Assembly (NCBI GenBank): GCA_951406725.2 | Contig: OX597831.1 | Coordinates: 82,212,001-82,276,000, forward strand | Reading direction: 5' to 3' | Source of the DNA: Octopus vulgaris | Taxonomy: Eukaryota | DNA length: 64,000 nt | Shown here: positions 16,081 through 27,221 of the stretch, one piece after another | Position numbering within the stretch: the stretch's first letter is position 1 | Layout: each line of letters opens with the position of its first letter | Translations under genes and position numbers: made by a program | The notes under the pieces: generated by a model | What the model saw: only the letters and a program-made list of their open reading frames with translations | Database searches by the model: none | What the model was told of the DNA's origin: nothing

Positions 16081-16477
16081 GGCGCAGGAGTGGGTGTGTG
16101 GTAAGTAGCTTGCTTACCAACCACATGGTTCCGGGTTCAGTCCCACTGCATGGCACCTTGGGCAAGTGTCTTCTACTATAGCCTCGAGCCGACCAAAACC
16201 TTGTGAGTGGATTTGGTAGACGGAAACTGAAAGGAGCCCGTCGTATATATGTATATATATATATGTATGTTTGTGTGTTGTGTTTGTCCTCCCAACATCG
16301 CTTGACAACCGATGCTAGTGTGTTTACGTTCCCATAATTTAGTGGTTCGGCAAAACAGACCGATAGAATAAGTACTAGGCTTACAAAGAATAAGTCTTGG
16401 AGTCGATTTGCTCGACTAAAGGCGATGCTCCAGTATGGCCGCAGTCAAATGACTGAAACAAGTAAAAGAGTAAGGAG
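16081..16477 (+). mobile_element. tRNA-derived SINE, family A, full length
   Basis: Head ggcgcaggagtgg.tgtgtggtaag...ggttcagtccc carries A/B-box-like motifs. There is an internal TA/TG tract and a tail ending gactgaaacaagtaaaagag. Several homologous copies occur in the window. Confidence 0.9.
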
Positions 16478-16559
16478 TAGCTAAAATGGTGCAATGTGCC
16501 ATTGAAAGACGATCTAAAATTCCTGGCTGTTAACTAGAGTTTCAATCGTTTCTAAGCTG

Positions 16560-16985
16560 CAACAGCTGCCGAGCCGAAACCCTGCGGAGCTTCCGGAGTG
16601 AGAGCTCTGATTACAATTACCAGCACGCAGTAGTCCAAAGATCTCATCCGATCTTACCTTAATGTTGTGATACTAAAAAATTACCTTTAAAAGTGCCAAC
16701 TTAATAGTAACTCAAACCCTTCATCTCACTTTCCATTCTTCTCCGTTGCAATGTAGTCAAACGTATGCGAAAGATGTTAAACAGAGCAACATCCATCACA
16801 AAGCCTTGTCGAACATCTATTTTTGCATTAAACATTCCAGATTTGTACCTTCTAAGAACTGGAATCATCATTTCTATGTGGATCTGACACAAGAAACACA
16901 CAAATTTAGATGAGAAAACACTTTCTGGAAACGTGCAACAAAAATTCCCTGTTTACAATATCAAAAGCCTTTGACAGACCCCCAC
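16560..16985 (-). mobile_element. RTE-clade LINE reverse transcriptase fragment (decayed)
   Basis: Minus-strand KAFDIVNRE and DVRQGFVMDVALFNIF match the RT motifs KAFD.V.R and GVRQGCVLAP.LFNIF. Confidence 0.7.
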
Positions 16986-17034
16986 CCCAGGAAACTGGCC
17001 CAGATGCTGCTGCTGACACCAAGCATTTCTACAC

Positions 17035-17264
17035 CAGTTTTTCTCAACAATTTTTTTCCTATGGGTTCCGTTGATTTCTATTTTACTGGGATTAACTCTC
17101 CTGGTCATTCGATGTTTAAAGAATCATTTACTTTTATTGATTAAATACTTTTTAGGAAATGTATAAGAATTGTTAAAATATCATTTTCTATTCAAGGTGA
17201 ATTTTAATAGAAAAATCTTATGTGGACCCTTAAGGTTTATCTGGACCCTCGTTGAGAACCAATG
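17035..17264. mobile_element. hAT-type (Charlie/MER5-like) MITE
   Basis: Imperfect 14-bp terminal inverted repeats cagtttttctcaac / gttgagaaccaatg resemble CAGTGGTTCTCAAC. The interior is AT-rich. No clear 8-bp TSD. Confidence 0.6.
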
Positions 17265-17396
17265 AGTTTAACGATAGACCAACTGAAATGTGTCACGTCA
17301 TAAACATTTCATCTCTATTTCACAAAACTAATTATAACAGCAACAGTATCAATACCTACATCAACAACAACACTCCCTCCTGCCTCTCTCTTTATG

Positions 17397-17455
<59 letters not shown>

Positions 17456-18612
17456 GTATGAATGCGTGCATGCATGCATGCATGTGTGTTATGTTGCGCA
17501 CATTGATATACTTACTTAGATATTGTGTTTGTGAGTGTTCTAACGATCGTTAACCGGCAATATTAGATATTTACATAACCTGATCTCTAACTTACATTAG
17601 AGAACTTCAACACGTGTCAGATAGAATTTGGATGTTTTCTCTTCGAGAGCCTACATAAATAACTGCAGCAGCCATGAAGCTTACTTCGGTATAAAGAAAT
17701 TGTTGCTTGAGGATAAAATTGGCCGCCATATTACGATATCTGCAGATTGAGGAAGACATCTTTCCCAGGTTTCTTTCTGCTGACAACGTCACTGCAATCT
17801 TCCATGAGAAATGTCTGAGAGATGTGAAACACGCAAAGGCTGAATCCGTACAAAACAACCAATAATAACATTGTTGATGTGTGTGTGTGTGTGTGTGTGT
17901 GTTGATTGATTAAACACAACGAGGAAAAAATGTCAACATAATTAAATTGGTCGAAATAACTGGATTTCCAGGGGTAAAAAGTTTTCGTTTTGCAGTTTTG
18001 TGGTCGATCGGAATGTTTCTGAATTCGTATTTCTGAAAAATCTGTTGTAAAAGTTACCAACAACAAGAACAACAAAAAGCAAATAAGAAAACGGTAAACA
18101 AGACTCTGAAACATGATATTCCATTACTTGCATCACAAGAAGAATGTTAAGGTGTAATAAAATAAAGGTGGTGATGGTGGTGGCGGCGGCGGCGACGGTA
18201 GGGGTGGGAGTAGGAGGAGGAGGAGGAGGTGGTGGTGGAGGAGGCGTCGATAGTGTAATCTTACATTGAATAACCTTAATTGTGATTAAGTTGTTAGGTG
18301 GCTAATTATGTTCAGGCATGTAACATATTCGCCTGAAGAAATTAGTTGATAAGCGAAAATTAAATGACGACTCTTACATAATGTGTCATCTTTATTTATT
18401 TGTTACGTGGTCTCTTATACTTGAAAGACCAGAATAGAAGCACCAAGAATGGTACAGAAGAGACGACATGATGTATTACAGAAAGGTACAACGTCCAATT
18501 CCTCAAGAAGTTCTTACCAGAGAAATTATTGAACATGACTAAGCATCAGATTATTTCGTTATAGACTAAACCCTACCCTCAAAGTTGCTGCTCTTCTGCC
18601 TAAATTAGAAAC

Positions 18613-18703
<91 letters not shown>

Positions 18704-18759
18704 GTTATTATTACTATTATTGATGTTGTTGTAGGTAAGTTATTATTAGTAAATTTCAT

Positions 18760-19272
18760 TAGCAAGGATGTTATCCCGATATTTGGTAAACAAGTCCCTT
18801 CAAATCTCAAGACCTCTTCTTCAGATTCTTGCAAAATACAGGATGGTCCCTTTTTGCTTGTCAACAATGTGTCTCTCAATTCCAGTATTCTTCAGCCGCT
18901 TGTCTAGCAATTTGGGAGCCAAGAAATAATTTTTATCTTTGTCTTCCACAATCTTTTCAATTCTCTGATTAGGTTTTCTCAATTAACTTGATATCCACTT
19001 TTCTCTCATAGTCTTTGCACTACTATCGTATCGTGGTGCAAAGTTTATGAGCTTGTCTGCCCTATTTGCTTCAGTAGTATCAGTCTTTTTGAAAGATCTC
19101 ACAAAATTCTGTACTTAGCTTTCACTTTGGTAGCTTCTGGTTCGTGTTTATACCACTTCTCTAACATTTCATATACACAAACTTGGCTTCCATTCTTGTG
19201 TATTCTCTTAAAGACACAGTCTTGCCTGCATTTATACTCTTTTCGTGCTAGCTTACTGGATTCATTTCCCAA
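18760..19272 (-). mobile_element. R4/Dong-type (restriction-like endonuclease, REL) LINE 3' fragment between (TAA)n tracts
   Basis: Peptide SKLARKEYKCRQDCV..RIH...EKWYKHEPE plus decayed ILWDF/RPD-like sequence. (TTA)n lies on both sides (18615-18720, 19275-19383). Confidence 0.7.
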
Positions 19273-19276
19273 GTTA

Positions 19277-19383
<107 letters not shown>

Positions 19384-19647
19384 GCCATTATCATCTCTCA
19401 ATTCTGTTTCCATTTCTTGCCGAGAGTCTTCCTGTTCGTCAGTTCGTGGAGTCGCAGGAAATTGTTGAGAAATTGTTATAATTCTTTGAGAGTTGTTTTG
19501 GATTGGTTACAGTTGGTGGCAGAGTAATTGGGAATATATCAGGTGGAGACAGTTTCCTACTACTATATATCATACTGTATTATTAGCGCACGACACTGAG
19601 CTGACATATACAGAAGTCACGTTATAAAAGGGTGACATAGAGAAACC

Positions 19648-20623
19648 ACTATTTACATTATTTACAATTGACGGATATCTGTCCTCATTTTGTTTGTTGT
19701 TAACACAACGTTTCGGCTGATATACTCTCCTGCCTTCATCAGGTGTCTTGGGGAAATTTCGAACCTGGGTTCTCATTCCTAAGGTATTTTTCGATGTTAT
19801 TATTATTGTTATTATTATTCAGGTCACTGCCTGGAATCTTGGGGTTAGTAGCCCTCGCTCTTAACCACTAAGCCCTATGCCCGAGAGCAATTATGGAGTG
19901 AATTTTAGGGCTTATAAATCTAATATTCTCCTATCCTTCCCAAAAACCGGTTCCCATATGCTGTTCATATCTGTACTCGGTCTGCTTAGGAGGTTGTTGA
20001 GACCTAGCATATGGGCTGATGCTTTTAGTTTTCGCATTTTCCAGTGGTGTTCCCTGTCTGTTATTTTAACTTCATCCCACAGAGGGAGGTGGTCTCCATT
20101 TTTTCCATACATGATCAGCTATACCCAATTTATCAATATCTCCTCGTGTCACAGCTTTGAGATGTTCCTCTACTCTTATTTTGAGGAGGCGGCATGTTTC
20201 GCCTTTGTATAACTTACCACAGTTGCATGGGATGGAGTGCACGTAGTTCTTAGTCATATTCTCTTCTATTGGTGGTTTTACTCGAAGGAGATATTTGCGA
20301 AGTGTTGTATTACTTTTGAATACTGTCCTGATGTCATATGGGCCGCATATCTTTTGTATCTTTTCGGAGAGGCCTTTCCCATAGGGTAGACACACTGTGG
20401 ATAGTTTATTGGCCTCGTCCTCTCTCTTCTTCATAATTGGAGTGGAGAGTATGCTTTTGGGGTAGTTGTTGCTTAACAGATTGTTACTGAGCTTGATCAT
20501 TTCTTTGTGGTGGGTATCACAATCGCTACTTATATTCATTGCTTGATGTTTTAGGCACTGAGCAATCCCTCTCTTTACACTGTATGGATGGTGGGAGTTG
20601 AAGTTGAGGTATCGTCCAGTGAA
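19648..20623 (-). mobile_element. 5'-truncated Penelope-like retroelement: RT thumb + GIY-YIG endonuclease (frameshifted) + 3' terminal repeat
   Basis: TGRYLNFNSHHPYSVKRGI and CLPYGKGLSEKI are the RT thumb/linker. NYVHSIPCNCGKLYKGETCRLLKIRVEEH is GIY-YIG. The ORF continues in another frame as HWKMRKLKASAHM...IWEP. No Cys-rich linker is seen, which suggests the Penelope/Poseidon type. Confidence 0.9.
19702..19747 (-). ncRNA. Minimal type I hammerhead ribozyme in the Penelope terminal repeat
   Basis: GACAC-CTGATGA-A-GGCAG...CAGCC-GAAAC-GTT-GTGTT: stem I GACAC/GTGTT, stem II with one mismatch, palindromic ACGT stem III. Confidence 0.75.
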
Positions 20624-21335
20624 ATTAGCCTTAAGTTCTCTATCTGTGTGTATTGGCATATCCCAGAGTATGGTTGCTTTCTCGTTTTCTGTGACCTTTT
20701 CTGGTGTGTGCCTATACCATCTTTTTTTCTGTTGTTATTCCATAATGTTGGCATAGTTTCCAGTGTATATAGGTCCAAACTCTGTCGTGTCTGTGAATAT
20801 ATTCCTTCTTAGCCAGGACTGGGCAACCAGAGATAATATGATTTATTGTTTCTTATCCATCTCCACATATTCTGCAGTTGTTATGTTTCTTTTCATTACA
20901 TGTTTTTGGTAATTTCTGGTGGGGAGGCTTTGGTCTTGTGCTGCAATTAAAAACCCTTCAGTCTCTGCTTTGAGTCCTGTTCTTCTCAACCATTGTTGGG
21001 ATTTTTCTTTGTCTATTTCTTTTGTGATTAGTTTAACCCAGTATTTGCCATGAAGGGGCTTTTCTTGCCATCGTTTCATCGTGATCCGTTGCTGTTCCAG
21101 TTTTAGTTTGGATTTCATTTGTTTTACAGCTTTTGTTGTTTCTTCTTTGTCTTCATACTTCTAAGGTAGTTTGACTTCTTGTTTGTATTTGTCAGCTTCC
21201 TTAAAGACTGAAAACAGTTTTTTGTGTTTTTTGTGTTTTGTGTCTACTTGTATTAGTTTTCCTTGCTTCTGAAGGACGCATTTCTGTAGTCCTATGGTGG
21301 TTATTTTGTAATAGTTTTCTAGCTGCATAAGTTCT
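20624..21335 (-). mobile_element. R4/Dong-type LINE fragment interrupted by the Penelope insertion
   Basis: Peptides WQEKPLHGKY, LKAETEGFLIAAQDQSLPTRNY and ILWDMPIHTDRELKAN. The 5' flank is an (ATC/ATT)n tract. Confidence 0.85.
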
Positions 21336-21337
21336 TT

Positions 21338-21408
<71 letters not shown>

Positions 21409-21422
21409 CATCATCATCACCA

Positions 21423-21467
<45 letters not shown>

Positions 21468-21481
21468 ATTATTATTATTAT

Positions 21482-21576
<95 letters not shown>

Positions 21577-21627
21577 TATTATTATTATTATTATTATTAA
21601 TAATAATAATAATAATAATATTAATTT

Positions 21628-21683
<56 letters not shown>

Positions 21684-22478
21684 ATTTAAACGCTTCAACT
21701 AGTAAATCCGTATCACACACCTCAAAGAATATCTAACCGGATTAAAACGTCAGTTTTTTCACTTCTTGTGAAAACGATAGTAACTTTTGTTTTTTCTTGT
21801 TCTGTGTTTTTTTTTTTTTTTTTTCGTCGGTAAATCTATTCGCTGCCAATTCTCACTCGGGGTCTCAGGATGCTGTAGATGACGATGAGCGGCGCACACG
21901 ATGTAAAGCTGTGATTCCTGGAACAGATATGCATATTATGCAATAGATATGCTTTCGACAGAATTCCTTTGTTTCACAGAACTACAGTCAGTATTCCGTC
22001 GGTTGGGCAGTTGGCGTCACGAACGTCGTTAAAGGTTCAAATCTTTAGCAGTTGAGCAATGTGATCATCGAAACAGGTGTAAGTGAAAATGAAACAAGGA
22101 TGTCCTAAAGATTATTCAAACTATGTTTGACAATACAAGGAACAACATTAACTGAGACGCTTTCCATTTAGTGTGTTTGTAGTTTATTTTCTAAACTTTT
22201 TGCTCTGGTTGTGCTATTGCAGGGGATACAAGGCCAAGGTTGGCGTTGTTACAGTAAACGGCGTAAGGCCAATCACTGAAAAAATTCACCTATCGTAATA
22301 CCATAAGACATGCGTTATCCAAAACGCGCTAGGTCGACTTATACACCATGACTATTTCAGAGAACCAAAATGTTCATGTGAAATGCGGCAGGATTTGGAA
22401 ACTAGTAACGATCTTTGAGTGTCTACACTGCAGATTTATACTATATACTACGTCGATTCGTATGCCGAAAAATACGGC

Positions 22479-22650
22479 ATTTAAAAGATTTGATTGTCAG
22501 CTGTTATCACATGTAGGACATATCCTACTGTGCCTCCCCCAAACAAGTTCTGATTTGAGTCTAATGGTATTTAAAAGATTTAACTGTCAGCTGTTACAGT
22601 ATGTAGGACATATTCTATCTGCCTACCCCAAACAAGTGCTGATTTGAGTC
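22479..22650. repeat. Two-copy ~90-bp tandem duplication
   Basis: atttaaaagattt..tgtcagctgtta...gtaggacatat...aaacaagt.ctgatttgagtc starts at 22479 and again at 22569. Confidence 0.85.
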
Positions 22651-22681
22651 GATGTTAAACCATTTATAGTGAGAAAGCTTT

Positions 22682-23075
22682 TCAAATTGTTTTCGAGACA
22701 TTTTGAGCTTGTGGGACAGACATATCTATTAACAAACAAGTCCATCTGTTGTTGTCTTTGATCACAATGTCTGGTCGATTGGAGTCAACTTTTCTGTCTG
22801 TTTGTATTGAGAATTTCCAAAGGATGGTGACGCCCTCGCCATTTACTACATCCTCTGGACGGTGCTTGTACAACTTATCATGGGATTTAGTTTTGTAGCA
22901 TTTACAAGCATTTCAGAGGATATACTACCATGGTCTGTCATGTCTTATGAGCAAGAACTGGGCAGCCAGAAACATGATCAATTGTCTCTGCGAATTTTCC
23001 GCAAATTCTGCACAAGGAGTCAGATCCATCTTTAAAGACGTTTGCATGGTAGTTTCTGGTAAGTAAGCTCTGATC
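22682..23075 (-). mobile_element. R4/Dong-type LINE fragment (zinc knuckle/REL endonuclease)
   Basis: Peptide VTILWKFSIQTDRKVDSNRPDIVIKD...CLLIDMSVP, with an upstream C..C...ETIDH..SGCP-like segment. Confidence 0.85.
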
Positions 23076-23305
23076 TTGCTCCCAGTGGTGTCGGGCGTCA
23101 ACGAAGAGCCCTCGACAACAACAAGACGACCAAAGTTTTTTTTTTCCAAGGTCTGGGGGTCTTCTGCCCCTAAGCCCTACACCATCACCTAATCACCCTT
23201 AACAACAACAACAACAGCAGAAGCAGAAGCAGAAAAAGTGTTACATTGTTAGAATCGTTAGCGCGTCGAGGAACTCCCTTTCGCTATTCGTTCCCCTTCT
23301 TTACG

Positions 23306-23581
23306 TTCTTCTTCTTCTTCTTCTTCTTCTTCTTCTTCTTCTTCTTCTTCTTCTTCTTCTTTCTTCTTCTTTCTTCTTCTTCTTCTTCTTTCTTCTTCTT
23401 CTTCTTCTTCTTCTTCTTCTTCTTCTTCTTTCTTCTTCTTCTTCTTCTTCTTCTTCTTCTTCTTCTTCTTCTTCTTCTTCTTCTTCTTCTTCTTCTTCTT
23501 CTTCTCTTCCTCTCCTCCTTCTTCTTCTTCTTCTTCTTCTTCTTCTTTCTTCTTCTTTCTTCTTCTTCTTTCTTCTTCTTC
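23306..23581. repeat. Long (CTT)n tract; similar tracts at ~39027-39207, 55175-55349 (GAA) and 60441-60600
   Basis: Direct inspection. Confidence 0.95.
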
Positions 23582-23984
23582 TCGCTGCTCTTGTGCTTCT
23601 TTCCATTATACATTTGTTGACATGCTATCTGCTGTCTTTGCATGATTACGAGTACTTTCCAATTTCTCTTCTCAAACCAGTCCAGGTATTTAAGTCTTCA
23701 GCTTGATTTCACCACGAGATGCGAGCACGCGCGCGCGTGTTTGTATGCGTACACATCAAGGCAAAATATGGATGAATGTGTGTGTGTATTTTTGTGTGTC
23801 TGTGTCGATACATATATATATATATGTATGTATGTATGCATATGTATCTATGTATTTGTTCTTGATACTTTGGCTGGTTGCCATGGTATTTTTCTTAGGA
23901 ATGTTACAAAACCTAAATCTCAGATGCTAATTTTGCAGCTCTTAGTGATGCTTCTTGTTCTCATTCTTGTTACTGTTGGTATTG

Positions 23985-24063
<79 letters not shown>

Positions 24064-24206
24064 AGCCACTGCTGCTGCTTATTCACAGCCACAGTCAGTT
24101 TTTGATCGTTCTAAAGTTACCGAATATTCACACTCACATAAAATATAAAAAAAGAAACTAAGATTGTATGACTGCAACAGAACAAGAGAGACGTTTACTC
24201 TCTCTC

Positions 24207-24243
<37 letters not shown>

Positions 24244-24309
24244 CTATCTCTCCCTTTCTCCTTCTCTCTACTTCCTTCTTCCTCTCTCTCTCTCTGCTTC
24301 TCTCTGTGC

Positions 24310-24348
<39 letters not shown>

Positions 24349-24562
24349 AATAAATAATATATAGCAACAGAATAAGAATCAATTTTATAACATAGATGTG
24401 TGTGTGTATGTATGTATATATTTATATATATATACATGTATATATATATATATATAAACACACACATTTTATATGTATATGTATATATATATACATATAT
24501 AGGGAAAATCAGGAGGGTATATATATATATACATATACATACCCTCCTGATTTTCCCTATTT

Positions 24563-24618
24563 GTCTCTGATGATGGAATATCCCTTACTTTGGGATATCC
24601 CAGAAACAGCTGTAAGAC
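24563..24618 (+). ncRNA. Type I hammerhead ribozyme, canonical core
   Basis: GTCT-CTGATGA-TGGAATATCCC(ttacttt)GGGATATCCCA-GAAAC-AGCT-GTA-AGAC: 4-bp stem I, 11-bp stem II with one mismatch, palindromic stem III ACAGCTGT, GUA cleavage triplet. Confidence 0.85.
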
Positions 24619-24820
24619 TTTGAACTTCTTCCAATAATAATAATGTATATGGCTTGATATGTTTACTTTGCTTTAACAATTATATATCTGCTACATCGGA
24701 AATCTGTAATGGCTCTATAACTAACAACCTTGGAGCCCTACTAATCCGTTTGAGCACCTAATCTAGCGCACCTAATCGTTTAGGATCACATGTGAACTAA
24801 AGCCCCATGCTTTGTACATA

Positions 24821-24894
<74 letters not shown>

Positions 24895-24923
24895 TATATG
24901 TATGTATATCTCTCTCCCTCCCT

Positions 24924-24976
<53 letters not shown>

Positions 24977-25010
24977 ACACACACACACATATATGTATGT
25001 ATATCTCTCT

Positions 25011-25081
<71 letters not shown>

Positions 25082-25420
25082 AAAGTAAGATAGGGGTTAT
25101 GAAGGTAACCCAATATGGGATACCAGTTATCCAATATACTGCTGGTAAAGCACCCAAATACTAAATACATAAATGCTTATAATTGCAATGCAATTAATTC
25201 ATTTATTGTATTGAATGGGTGAAGGTAAAAAATATTTTACTGTAAATTCATAATACAAAATAAGAAAATGGAGGAATAGATTTCTTTCAATTATCAACTT
25301 GCGGATATTACAATTTCATATTATCTATTTATTATACAAATAGGAACATGAAAATCGAACAAAGAAATATACATCAATATGCAAATTAATAATAAAATAA
25401 AAATTATGCAAATAAACTGC

Positions 25421-25552
25421 TCCTTACAGCTGTTTCAGCCTATGGTCGAGAGATGATCCAACTTAAATTGCCCATATATGCCATTGTAGTATAGTCTTAG
25501 GCATTAAAGATTATATTTGTCTGTTTAAATAAGCAAAGGCCTCGTCAGAGGA
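25421..25552 (-). ncRNA. Type I hammerhead ribozyme with a ~95-nt insertion in loop II
   Basis: The minus strand reads TCCT-CTGACGA-GGCCT-[~95 nt]-AGGCT-GAAAC-AGCT-GTA-AGGA. Stem I TCCT/AGGA; same palindromic stem III as 24563. Confidence 0.75.
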
Positions 25553-25652
25553 TATACATAACTACAAAGTTATAATGATAATATTGATATATAAAAACCT
25601 GCTTCTCATACTATCCAATAAGAAAAAGAAAATAAATGATAAGACAGATACT

Positions 25653-25711
<59 letters not shown>

Positions 25712-25758
25712 TAAACACATATATACATATAAAATATACAAATATACATACATGTGTT

Positions 25759-25795
<37 letters not shown>

Positions 25796-25834
25796 GATGA
25801 TCGAAATGAATTTGTTCCTCCGTTTTCTTATTTG

Positions 25835-25873
<39 letters not shown>

Positions 25874-25875
<2 letters not shown>

Positions 25876-26005
25876 GGCAAAAGACTTTTTCGGCAAAAGA
25901 CTTTTTTCGGTAAAAGACTTTTTCTATTCCTGAGCACTATGCTAATACATCTGTTTGTTTTGTACACCACCTGTCTTCGTCTTTTGTTTTTTTTTCGTAA
26001 ACTTT
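25874..26005 (+). mobile_element. 3' part of the HHR-bearing repeat seen at 26555-26725, preceded by three ~17-bp tandem units
   Basis: gtaaaagacttt..c...taataca.ctg.ttgtt...gtcttcgtcttt.gttttt is homologous to the reverse complement of 26555-26650. cgg(c/t)aaaagacttttt occurs three times. Confidence 0.65.
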
Positions 26006-26007
26006 CC

Positions 26008-26055
<48 letters not shown>

Positions 26056-26061
<6 letters not shown>

Positions 26062-26172
26062 ATCACGTGACCGACCAGACCATCAGATGTTGCTACACAT
26101 CGCTGGTCACAATGCGTTCGCATTGTTTTAGCCTTCGAACGACGCCACCTCGCTGGCTAAGCGAGCAGGCCA
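26056..26172. mobile_element. Short GC-rich element embedded in (TA)n
   Basis: About 117 bp of complex sequence with (TA)n on both sides. It starts with the palindrome tcacgtgatcacgtga and contains the hairpin acaatgcg-tt-cgcattgt. Confidence 0.5.
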
Positions 26173-26232
<60 letters not shown>

Positions 26233-26235
<3 letters not shown>

Positions 26236-26548
26236 AGTGGCTGTGTGTGGTAAGTAGCTTGCTTACCAACCACATGGTTCCGGATTCAGTCTTAATGTCT
26301 GGTGCCTTGGACAAGTGTCTTCTACTATAGCCTCGGGCCGACCAAAGCCGTGTGAGTGGATTTGGTAGATAGAAACTGAAAGAAGCCCGTCGTTTATATA
26401 TGCGTGTGTGTGTATGTGTGTGTGTGTCTATGCTTGTGTGCCTGTGTTTGTCCCCCCAGCATCGCTTCACACCCGATGCTGGTGTGTTTACGTCCCCTAA
26501 CATAGCAGTTCGGCAATAGAGACCCTTAGGATAAGTACTAGGCTTACA
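26233..26548 (+). mobile_element. SINE family A copy (3'-truncated)
   Basis: Colinear with 16081-16390. Confidence 0.9.
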
Positions 26549-26641
26549 TATAGTTAAAATTTACAGAAAAACGAAAGACGAAGACGGATGTATGAACAAC
26601 AAGCAGGTGTATTAATTTGACGTTCGGGAAAGTGAGAAAGT

Positions 26642-26677
26642 CTTTTACGTTTCGAGTCTACGCTCTTCAACAGAAAG
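26642..26677 (-). ncRNA. Minimal hammerhead-like motif with variant core (CUGUUGA)
   Basis: CTTT-CTGTTGA-A-GAGC(gtag)ACTC-GAAAC-GTA-AAAG: stem I CTTT/AAAG, palindromic ACGT stem III, A6U change, one stem II mismatch. Confidence 0.55.
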
Positions 26678-26753
26678 GAATAAGAGAAAATAAACATGAG
26701 AGAATAAAAGAATTTGCCGATTTTGCGATCTAGCATGTGTGTGTGTGAGTGTG

Positions 26754-26796
<43 letters not shown>

Positions 26797-26815
26797 GTGT
26801 GTGTGTGTATATGTA

Positions 26816-26863
<48 letters not shown>

Positions 26864-27221
26864 TGTATGCATACATATATATATATATACCCGTATATAT
26901 ATATGTATGTGTGTATATATATATATGTATATATATTTTATCGAACACTCACACACACACGCATATATATAAGTACATACAGACAGACAGACAGTCATAT
27001 GGAATATACAAAGCATAGATCTAGAAAGGCTAATAGACCAGATGAGGGCTTAATTAGATAAAGTTTATTTATTTTGATTGTGAGGGACTGCGTATAGTTC
27101 ATCCGTTTCACGAGTCGGATATCTTTAACATCCGGACCCGAGAATTGGTCGAGCTTGCCATTGTGCCTCTCGCCATATGTGTATCATAGAGAGGTAAGTA
27201 GAGAGATATGTATGTATGTCC

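Noticed and set aside
17607-17870. Possible host exon or promoter (YY1-like aatatggcggcc on the minus strand)
   Set aside because: No recognisable protein or splice-flanked frame, and a single short motif is insufficient.
25874-25922. CRISPR-like short direct repeats
   Set aside because: The units are contiguous without unique spacers, the context is eukaryotic, and there are no cas genes.
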